Shown here in pieces: positions 26,014 through 37,400 of a stretch of DNA of 64,000 bases. Source of the stretch: Antedon mediterranea (lineage: Eukaryota; Animalia; Echinodermata); assembly GCF_964355755.1 (NCBI RefSeq), contig NC_092672.1, forward strand, positions 33,424,437 to 33,488,436, given 5' to 3'. Position 1 is the stretch's first letter, and each line of letters opens with the position of its first letter. The position numbers and the translations under genes are program-made. The notes under the pieces are model-generated. The model did no database searches. It was given only the letters and a program-made list of their open reading frames with translations, and was not told the origin of the DNA.

Positions 26014-27906
26014 TTAATTTGTTGTGATGGTTTTTAAATTGATACTACTATATTTGTCTTTAGCCTAAGTTCCAAATTATAAAACATCGCATGATGTTCA
26101 ATCAGGTTGGTAAGTATCCTGACAAATACAGACATTTTGGTGAAATACGTCAAATTGAGGGCGCTATGCTTACCCAAATACGGAAATCATGAAAAATTTG
26201 GCAATTTGAGGGCGCTATGTTTTGCCAAAATACTTGTCAGAATAATTATCCTGGTTTTGTCGCCATATTTCTTAAGGCAATACAAGAACTCCACTATACC
26301 GCTTGATATAAAATATGAAGCGCCTAAAAGCATTGTGCATACAATAAGCGGTATTAAGATATTATATAAGAATATTATTATAGGCCTACCACCTTTCTTA
26401 AGTTATCAGTGTGTAACTTCAAAGAGTGACAGCAATATTAAATAGCGCACCGTAAGTTTGTCTCTGCATTTTGCCAAGTAGTTATCTTGTTTTCTGGGCA
26501 CTTTATATATTTTATAGGAATCACCTTTATATCGATGGCACACATCAATATTAATGATGCATTGTACGTTTTACAAAAAAAAATATAAATAATTATATCC
26601 TTTTTTTTCATCTGTTTGTTTTTGATTATTTTTTGTTGCTATCAATACCGTCTACTACAAGAATGATATAAAACACACAAGCATTACGTTTCTTCGAAAT
26701 CAAATTTAATCATTATTCTTACTGGTGGTATTCTACATAGATACTTAACTTAATTTATTATAAAATTATCCGGTGTGTATTTAAGGTAAATTAATTTACA
26801 TAACTTAATGTCCGTAAGGTCAATGATACACCGTTTAGAAATGTTTTACCCAGCAACACGCAGATCAGCCGCGGCTAAAAAGAATTGTTCGCGCGAATTG
26901 AAAGCGTCAGCTTATACGCATGCGTAATCATATTTTCATACCTTCCATTTTAGTTCCTTGAGTTTTTCACTTCAGCGAAATTAGTATAGTTTATAATAGT
27001 CAGCGAATAGTTTATACTTTTTGCGAAGCAAAAAAATGAGCAACCAATCAGAGCTTATGCGAATCAAAATGCCCAGCTGACTTCAATCTTCAATCTCTGT
27101 TTACACTATCAAACTTTATGTGAAAAAAAATGTATGGACACGATGACATTATATCATATTTGGGCATATCACATGGGTTTGCCGTTTGAAAAAATAGTTC
27201 GATAGTGTAGACTATAGAATGGCTGCGACACAAAATCGCAGCCATTCGCTCCATTGTATCGTTTTTTTCCCTCTGCGAAAACATTGAATTCACATAAAAC
27301 AAATAACGTGCCTATAAGAAAACAGTATAACTGGTCACGTGTTTCATGAATATAATATTAATCGGTGCTTGTGCATTATGAGTGTGTATATGTACGTACA
27401 ACATACTTACTTTACACGTGTTTACTATACAAAGTTTATATTTTAGTGCAATGGTCATTATATTAGATTCATCACTGTTTAAAGGATAATTCCTGGTTTA
27501 AAATTGCTATTGTTTGTTATAATATATAAGCATTTGGGATAACAATGATGATAAGCTAACTTATGTTCCGACAGCGTCTGTAAAAAATACGTAATTACAA
27601 TGTATTCAATGCAGTTGACGGTATAACGTTTGTTTGTAAGGTACTCAACTGTAACAAATATCTACCGTTAGTGGCACCATACTCGGCAAACAAATGCGTA
27701 CTTAAATTAACGTAATCTAAATTCATTTTAACTGATTTAAGGCCACTGTTCATTTTATATTTGAGGGTGGCATGGTCTGTGTTCGTTTGCATGACATACT
27801 GTAAGCCTGCTGAGACCTAATTTTCTAAAAAAGTCGTTGAATGGCTGTTCACAGTCACCACAGAATACTCGACCCACCAAACAACGACTCGTAATTATTA
27901 TTTGTA

Positions 27907-28435
27907 TTAAATGTTTTCGTCACTAGTTTCAAATGCTGGATTTTGAACGTCACAGGTACTAACGTTATTTCGTTGAGCTGTCCTGGTCGTCGATAACGTT
28001 GGCATGGTTAGTGCACTGTTGCTGCTGTCGTTAGTTGCTCTATGTAAACGATGTTGCGGTGAATAAGTTGTGTAACGTTTCTTTAAATCTTTAAATTCTT
28101 TCTGTCTGAACGTGAACAAGTAGAATATTGCGACTCCCTGGAAAGAGTTAAACATGCAGAACAATATTACAAACACGTGATCAGCTTTGCTCTCAAAAGA
28201 CATAAATCCAAAAACCCATGTCAGGCCTAAGAGCAAAGATATAGCGATGGCGTTGAAGACCCGTTTCTTTTTCTCTTCTAGAGTTGAATCTTTTTTCAGC
28301 ATTGCGTTAGATCGCGAGCAGTATAAACTTTTCAGAACCAATACAAATATAATAGCGTTAAACACGATGGCGATTGCGATTGGAATAAGAACAGCGTAGA
28401 TAAAGATATCGAATTCCATTGTGTTGAGATAGCAA
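27907..28435 (-). CDS. Gene B last exon: TM5-TM7 and C-tail
   Basis: CYLNT...LLGLTWVFGF...FCMFNSFQGVAIF; stop at 27907-27909. Confidence 0.92.
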
Positions 28436-31400
28436 CTGTAATACAAAATAAATATAAATATTTGCTAGTATCCATAAGAAAAAGAGCATAGGAAAATTAG
28501 ACTAATTGTCACAAAAATGCCAATTGTCAGATAAAGATCAATTGTCAAATAAAGACCAATTGTCACATAGCGACCAATATTTTTATACAGAAAAATTGTC
28601 ACATAAAGACCAATTGACATTGTAATGATTTTTACCTAATTTTTGAGTGATTAAGATACGAAATGATGAAAAATTGAATAAGAAACAATATATTACTGTA
28701 CTTACAAGTCTTTGTTTTCATAGAACGATACATCTATGGTTAGTAGAACTATCGGCGGTATGCACGGGAGCCCTAAACAAGATAAACGACAAATGTATTA
28801 AACATATAATATATCATATGGGCGGCTGTTGGGGCCAAACTAACAAATGCCAGTAAATGATTGTCCTATACACGATACAAAAAGGGCAAGCGTAAATGAA
28901 GAAAGGACAAGCTCAAACGCGGAAAGGACAAGAGAAAATGCGGAAAGGACAAACGCGAAAAGGACAAATGTAAACGCGCACGGAAAGGACAAACGCGGAA
29001 AAGACCAACTCAAACGCCGAAAGGACAAACGCGAAAAGGACAAATGTAAACGCGCACGGAAAGGACAAACGCGGAAAAGACCAACTCAAACGCCGAAAGG
29101 ACAAACGCGAAAAGGACAAATGCAAACGCGCGCGGAAATGACAAACGCGGAAAAGACCAACTCAAACGCCGAAAGGACAAACGCGAAAAGGACAAATGCA
29201 AACGCGCGCGGAAATGACAAACGCGGAAAAGACCAACTCAAACGCGGAAAGGACAAACGCGAAAAGGACAAATGCAAACGCGCACGGAAAGGACAAACGC
29301 GGAAAAGACCAACTCAAACGCCGAAAGGACAAACGCGAAAAGGACAAATGCAAACGCGCACGGAAAGGACAAACGCGGAAAAGACCAACTCAAACGCCGA
29401 AAGGACAAACGCGAAAAGGACAAATGCAAACGCGCACGGAAAGGACAAACGCGGAAAAGACCAACTCAAACGCCGAAAGGACAAACGCGAAAAGGACAAA
29501 TGCAAACGCGCACGGAAAGGACAAACGCGGAAGACCAACTCAAACGCCGAAAGGAGCAATGCACACCCGAAAAGGACCAACTGAAGCGCGGAAAGGACAA
29601 ACGTCGTAAACGTGCAACAAATCACAACGAAATGACAAATCAGTCAATCTTATAATTCCTTATTTTTAATTGTCACTGACCAAATCTCTAAAGGCAGGCA
29701 TACACAGTCATACATTTGTCTGTCATACACATCATACAATGTATGATCAGACAAAATCTGATCGTGTATGCCTAAATCAGACTTTGTCTGATTGCCATTT
29801 TATGTGTCTGTCAGTGTCTGATGAGAGTAGAACAATGCTCTACTCATAATACATGTATTATGAATGTCTGAAGACAATATTCACTATTGACCAATCAGAG
29901 CACAGGGATTTTGACAGACTATTATTTATTTTTGCAAGATCAAGATGGTTGAGCGTGAGGATTTTATTGACACTGACAATTTGATTGATCTCTTTGAAGA
30001 GAATCCATGTTTATGGGATGTCAAATCCCATGAATATCACAATAAAACTCTCAAGACGGCCACCTACAGTAAAATTGCTGAACGGTTGGAATCAGAAGGT
30101 ATGTTTAAAGCTAGGCCTAGGCCTAGGTAGGCCTATACTATAGGCCTGGCCCTCTAGGATAGGCCTAGGGCCTAGGTAGGCCTAGCTAGGCTAGAACTAA
30201 ATTTTAAAGCCTGTCAGAAGTTCTTCAGTCCACTTAAAAGCAAACGAAACCAAAGTGTAAGGCTATCCTAGCCTTGGCCAAAATGCTTATTGTTCTTACC
30301 CAATTCAGCCAATATTATTTTTATAAAAAGCAGTAGGGGCCCCTAGTAGGCCTAGGCCTAGGCCTAGTCTCTAGAGCAGAGGCTAGGCCTAGCTTAGTGA
30401 GTAAATTATAGGAGAAGTAAAAAACAAATTTAACAAAACAAACTATTATTTTTACTATTTGTATAGGCAATATCTTTATTTTTCTTCTAATGTTTTGCCA
30501 AAATATTTATATTGTAATATTTAAAAAAAACTCTAGGCCTAGTACTGTATTACTAAATGCAATTCATACAGTATTTAACAATAAGTCTACATACAATGTA
30601 ATAATGTATTCATTGCATATTCAGTTTAAAGTATTGAAATCATAAAAAAAATCATTGTTATTTAAGTATAATCATTACTTATTTACAGTATTTGACATCA
30701 AAATTGTTTTTAAATTTTAGTGGACCTAATTAAACGAAAATGGAACAATATAAGAAGCCAATACAGACGAGAAAGAATGAAAGAGAGGGTAAGAAAGAGT
30801 GGTAGTGGGACAAGTGAGAGATACAAAAGTCGGTGGAGATTTATGGATAGGCTTGTTTTTTTAAACGATAGCCTGTCCTCAAGAAAAACAATTTGTAATA
30901 TGGAGGTAAGCTATTGAGTAATATATAACAGGATCCGTTTATCTTAAAATTATAGCCTAATGTCGCCACACATATAGCATCTATATCATTTGCCACTGCC
31001 ATGGTATCTGACCCTCTGAGTTGAAGTAATTGCAGAATCTGTCTCTGACATCTTTGGCATCGTTGCTGTAAAAGTTGCTACCCTGTGGAGCCAAAGGTAT
31101 CATTTCTCCTGCTTTAGGCTCCTGTCGCCATTGCCCTTCATGCACCTCATGCGTTATCCTGTCCTCCACATCTGTATAGCCATATGGTGTATAAACGTTT
31201 CTATTAGCACTTTGACCCCTCAGGAGGTTGTGAAGCGCACAGGCTGCCAGCACAATCTTCTCAACAGATTCTGGTTGTAGATTAACTGGCTTGAGAAAGA
31301 TTCTGAAACGATTACACAGAATTCCAAAAGCATTCTCCACAATTCTTCGTGCCCTGCTCAAACGATAATTGAATATCCGCTTTTCTTCAGTAAGGCCTCT

Positions 31401-34400
31401 GGAGCTGTAGGGTTTCATCAGGTACTTCTTTAATGGGAATGCTTCGTCTGCAACCACAACATATGGCATAGATATACCATCTTCAAAGAGAGGTCTGGCT
31501 TCAGGGATATTCAGCAGATTTTTATCTAAAGCATCTGAAAGCGTTGAATTTTTGTACACACCCCCATCAGAAACTCTTCCATTGCACCCAACATCAATAT
31601 AAGAAAACTTATAATCTGCATCTACCAATGCAAGTAAAACAATGCTGAAGCTGTTCTTGTAGTTGAAATAGTAAGAACCACTATTATTCGGCGCAGATAC
31701 TACAACATGCTTGCCATCCAAAGCCCCAATGCAATTATCAAAATTCCATCGCGTCGCAAACTCATGACTTATCTTTTGCCACTCATCTTCTGTATTTGGG
31801 ACCTGCAAGATTAATGAAGTAAAACTTTATAGCCATGAATCAAATATTTTAACTCATATAATAATATCTATTTTTTAGACACCACTTGAAGATGCTGATT
31901 GTATGCTTGATGACATGGAGGAAGAATCAGCAACAGAAGATAAAGAAAATATAGATATTGCAGAAACATCATTCTCTACAAAGCGACCCCTTAAAAAATC
32001 AAAATTAAACAAAAAAAGTGAGGTTGATGAGCAGAAGCTTCTGGAAAAGGCCATCACTTGCTTGGATATGGCTACAAACAAACCGGCTGCAAAAGATGAT
32101 CCAGATATAAATTATGCAAATTACATTGTAGATGAACTGAAAGCGATTAAAGATCCAAAACTAAAATTAATCACCAAACACAAAATAAATTGCCTTTTGT
32201 TTGAAGCTCAAAATGATTCACTTACTATGGACATTTTTTAAATAAATTTTTAATCAATCAATCAATATATATCTCACCTTAAGATACTTGTCTGCTAAAA
32301 CGTCATAAATAGCCTTGCATGTTTCCGGAACAATTTTACCAATTGTCTGGGCAGGAATTCTGTATGTATACTCCAAACTTTTATATGAATCTCCTATAAG
32401 AAAAACAGTTTTACAACCTTTATTAATGACAAAGTTTCAATCCAGTACCAATGTGGGCAACATTTGAGTAATTTTCATGCTTGAGAAAATAAATATTTCT
32501 AATGTACAAATTCAATCTTTAATATACTTTAAAACATAATAAATATACTATAAAATTAACTAAAATCTAAAAAAATGTCAGATTATAATGATCCCTGGTG
32601 ATTATCGACTGGTAATATAATATATTGTAGTTAAGTAGTATTGTATTGGTAAAGATAATTTATATTGTAAATGTAATATATCATAATCAATTGATTAATA
32701 AATATTGAGTGCAGTGTTTGCATTGATTGTATTGACTTTTACTAGTCTGTATAGGCCTAGAACTCAAGTAGTAGTACTTACTAGGCCTAGTAATCAATTA
32801 GTTAATTTATATAAAGTGATTCAACGAAAAAAATAACTAACCGGTTGCCAAGAATCTTAGAGTAACAGCTAATCTTTCCTTGTGATGAATTGCCTCTCTC
32901 ATCGTAGTGTTTTGCTTGCTTATCAATGGAGCCACTAAATTTGCAAGCTCATCAAAGGTGGCCTTATCCATGCGCAGGAAGTTTTTAAAATCGTTTTGAT
33001 TTTCTAAACACAATTCTTTAACTAAAGTATGGTAAGCGCCTAAATGTTGCCTCCTGGCAATCCATGTCCGCACCCATACGTTGCGTTTCCGCCGTCTTTG
33101 TTTTCTCTGTTTTCGTAAAATTAAAGAAATTATGAGGCCACAAGCAGCCAGATGTTGACTATTGTCTACCATTTTGTTACTATGCATAGTCATGTATGAC
33201 AGACAAATGTATGTGTGTGTATGTGACAATGTATGATCAGATTTTGTCTGATCATACATTGTATGATGTGTATGACAGACAAATGTATGACTGTGTATGC
33301 CTGCCTTAAGACTTACCCCAAGCAAAGATCAAGGAAAACCACAGCAACTTCGAGGTATTAGCGTTGAAAACTTTCACAAATAACAAGTACATATTGACCG
33401 CTTCTACGGATGTCCATGCAACAGACGTCAACAGAAAGTAATGTAACAATACAGCTATTGTTGTACAAGCTACAGTTCCTGGAGTTGCGGTATCAATGCC
33501 ACATATGAATGTGAGATACAGACAAGTTAGTGAGATGGAAAGGTTTAACAGTATTTTCTGAGGTTGACGTTTGCGAAGAGTTCTGTTGAAAAAAGTATAC
33601 GAATAGACATTATGAACTAACTTTAAAAAATGTATGTGAATTAAGACTTTCAACTTGTATCATCTGTTACAGACTGAATGTTTCCACGTTATCGTCATTT
33701 ATCCATGCATTTACAGAAATATGGATGCTTTCACATGGCGCCCGGATTCGGTTCTGCGCCCTGAATCCTGGCATGATGTGAAAGCAGCTTAAGGTTTGTA
33801 TTGTATATTGTAATGTTGATGAACGGTGTACTGTAACTCACTTTATTGATAGGCTAACAACTATTGTCACCAGTAGGCAAAATATCGATACTCCACAACC
33901 TACATACGTCACTATGTTCAAAAACAATTCGAAACCTTTCGACACTTTGTTATGAAACTGAAAAATTAAAAAAACATTTTGAAAAATGAACGTTCTTTTA
34001 TATATAAAAAAGATAAAACATTTTTCATTTGAGTGTTTTTATAAATTTGATTGGTTGTACAAAGTAATTGAAGAACGGATTAAGAAATACAATAAGAGTG
34101 GAACGTACAAATAAAACAGCTAAATTTGTAAGATGTGTACAGTTACATGTAATACTGCCCTCAGTGTCCATATAAACGCGTGTACATCCCTTTTCTGACC
34201 AATCACCAAATCCATTAAGAGTTGTGTTCCAAAACACACAAGTAGCATTTTGATTTCCGTAAGCCTGCTGCTCCAATGAAAAATAACAAAATAAATATGT
34301 CATAATGTTTTTTGCCAATTGTGACCCAGGTCTTTATGTGAATACAGTTTTTAATTACACCATAGATTTTTAAAAAAACATAATGGTCGATTTTGACGTC

Positions 34401-37400
34401 TGTTTTCCATTTATTGAATTTATTCGCGCGAACGCAATGTTTCGCAGAGAAGATAATCCGTCGCTTGTCTGCTGAGCATTTCGATTCATATGAGTACTCA
34501 TGAACGACGTTATGACTTATTTCCTGAGCTCTGATTGTTTGCGGCATTTTTTTCGCTTCGCAAAAAGTAGAAAGAATTCGAACTACCAACTAGAATTCGT
34601 CGCAGAAAGAAATTTGGAGGATAGAAAACACGAATACGGATGCGTAAGCTGACGCTTTCGATTCGCGCGAACAAATTCGCCTAGTGGGTGGAGAACAGGA
34701 AAATTGTTCACGCGAATCAAATATTGAGGGCTATATGTGGGCAAAGACGAACCAGGCGTAATAAGCGACTTCGATAACTCCAGAAGTGCCATATTTCAAG
34801 GTCAATCGGGGCACACAATTCCATCTAGCGAGCCCTCTGGAGGTATCGAAGTGGCTTATTATGTTTTTGAATCGAAAGCGTGAGCGTATACGCATGCGTA
34901 TTAGCTGGTGCTTTCGCTTACCCTAGTGGAAAACATGTTTAAGTCGCGGATAATAGCATAAATGTAAATTCGTCTAAGTCATCGCTTGTCATTGGTCAGT
35001 TACTTTGTTGCCTTACGTCGATTAAAAACTAATCTGTGGCTTATTGAAATGAATATTTAGTTTTCTGAAATGACAGTACCTTAGGAATATTAAAAAAAAT
35101 TTTAACAGGTTCTTCAAACACAGTTGGAAGGCTGTCGTCATACACAGTTGCCGATAGAATAACACTCGATAATTTGAGATATTGATAACTCGACGACTGG
35201 AACAATTTGGAATTGTAATATGATGTAAAACTCACGTTGGACAACGCATTATCTGTTTAAAAATAAATGTGAAGCAGTTTGCAAATTATCACACAATATT
35301 ATTAATATATTTTTAATTATTATTTAATATAGCATATAGCAATAAGTCTGTAATAGCATGTAACTGTATTACTACTGTTACTATCTTAATGATTACATCA
35401 GAGGTAAAAAAGAATATTTTAAAGCGACATCAAAGGAGAGCGGCTTGAACTGTTATGAACACAAATATTTGATTTTATTAAGAGGTGATGGCTAACTTTT
35501 GAAGAGAGAAGATATCCCTAACTAGGCTAATTTATAAATGTGTTCACGGCCTTGCGCTAACGAGATTATTAAACGAAATTAGCTGATTGGCGTTATTCAT
35601 ACTCACTCGAAACGTGGAGTAGAACGCCTAAATATAACCATTAGTATACCATTAGTATAAGATGAACTCGTCGTTCAAAATTGCAGGCGCTAAAATATGG
35701 AAAAACCTACCAACTGAAATTAAATTTTTTCCAACAATTGCTTCATTCAAAGCTAGATGCAGATCTCATTTCTTTTCAGAAAAATATTTTTTCCCTGATT
35801 TTAAATAAATAAATAAATCAATCAATTTAAGCAGTATATAAACGACGGACTATAATTATACAATGGTACAACTGAGTAATGCAATGTAGGCCTACATACC
35901 GTTTGTAACCAGATCACGTGGTAATGTGATAGACTGGTGATGACTCCTACAACGACCATCAACACAAACCTCAGTCACTTTCTTATCCTCTTTCACCAGG
36001 AATACAACATCGTGTTTAAGATTATCAGAGTCGAAACTTAAAGTCTGCACAGACAGCGTTTCTTCATTTTGGGTATAATTCTGACCATCATTGACTGCTG
36101 TACTAATTTGTTGCTCTAAAGACTCAAGGATGAGAGAGGTTGTCTCAGGAGGGAGATCAGTGTCTGATGAATCAGATGAGAGCACTGCATCTACAATACT
36201 CACTACTGCACCAGTCACCTGTAAGATAATCATATTCTATTGCCCAGTTCTCAATGCTCTAAAGGCTTTAGATCGAAATATTAAGGTATTTTTTATAGAT
36301 GCGCTCATTTGGTTAATTTATAGATGGCGATTCGTAAAAAGAGAATATTGATGAGCCACGTGATGTGGCCCGTCACACATATACTCTAGTTTCAAACAAA
36401 AATCAAAACAATTTTGAGCAAACAAAAAATCTTTCGGTAGTCGAAGGTTTGCCTAATACTAACAAATACATTTACTTCGAAGAATAACACCGAAAAAACA
36501 ACAGATATCAATGAAATTAACATACAGTAAATAAGGACATAAACAAAACAAGAAACAACCAGGAGTAGTCTGGGTTCCAGACGGAGTTTTGTCTTAATAT
36601 TAGTAAAAAGATAAATATTTTGGCACATATGGCGTTTCATACGTATACTACTTGAATTGGATACTCCGTCTGGGGAAACACGCACAAGTCACGTGGTTTG
36701 ACACCAAGAATTCTTGGTGCATACGATTATCCGGTTGACTAGTTTCAGCTACATGCGATTGGCTACTCACTCGTACACTGTTTTAATATTCATATTTCAG
36801 AATTTCAAAGACTCAACAACTAAGATGATGCGCATGCGCTATGTTACGTTTAGACAATGGTTCTAGGACACCTACCCCCTAGACAGTTACCCCCCGGATG
36901 TTTACCACCCGGACAACTACCCCCTTAGGACAACTACCCCCCGGACAACTACCCCCCGGACAACTACCCCCTTAGGACAACAACCCCCTTAGGATAACAA
37001 CCCCCCGGACAACTACCCCCCGGACAACCACCCCCTTAGGACAACTACCCCCTTAGGATAACTACCCCCCGGGTAACTACCCCCCGGTCAACTACCCCCC
37101 GGTCAACTACCCCCCCCCCCCCCCCATCCAAAAGTAGACAAATATATAGGACCGGTTTCTGTAAAAATGAAATCATCTGTTTTTAACGGGTGTTTCGAAA
37201 CTAGAGACCCAAGACCAGAGACCTGAAACGAGACCCAATACGAAAAGGGAGACCTATATTTGGGTCTCCCTTTTCGTATATTAGGGTCTCCCTTTTCGTA
37301 TAGTGTGGTCTCTCTTTTCGTATAGTGGGGTCTCCCTTTTCTTATAGTGGGTCTCCCTTTTCTTATAGTGGGTCTCCCTTTTCGTATATTTGGGTCTCCC

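Larger units (their letters stand above)
29692..33306. mobile_element. Autonomous PIF/Harbinger DNA transposon, 3615 bp
   Basis: Perfect 72-bp TIRs (29692-29763, 33235-33306; AGGCAGGCATACACAG...); TAA TSD at 29689-29691 and 33307-33309; two intact spliced genes. Confidence 0.96.

Noticed and set aside
28840-29655. Many overlapping ORFs (up to 245 aa) and a possible CRISPR-like periodicity
   Set aside because: They arise from a T-poor 76-bp tandem repeat lacking stop codons; there are no unique spacers or cas genes and the context is a eukaryotic intron
33173-33325. N-terminal extension of transposase ORF 32837-33325 into host sequence
   Set aside because: It runs through the TIR from a TTG in a different frame from the host exon; ATG 33172 is the plausible start, and unspliced host read-through stops at GKS*
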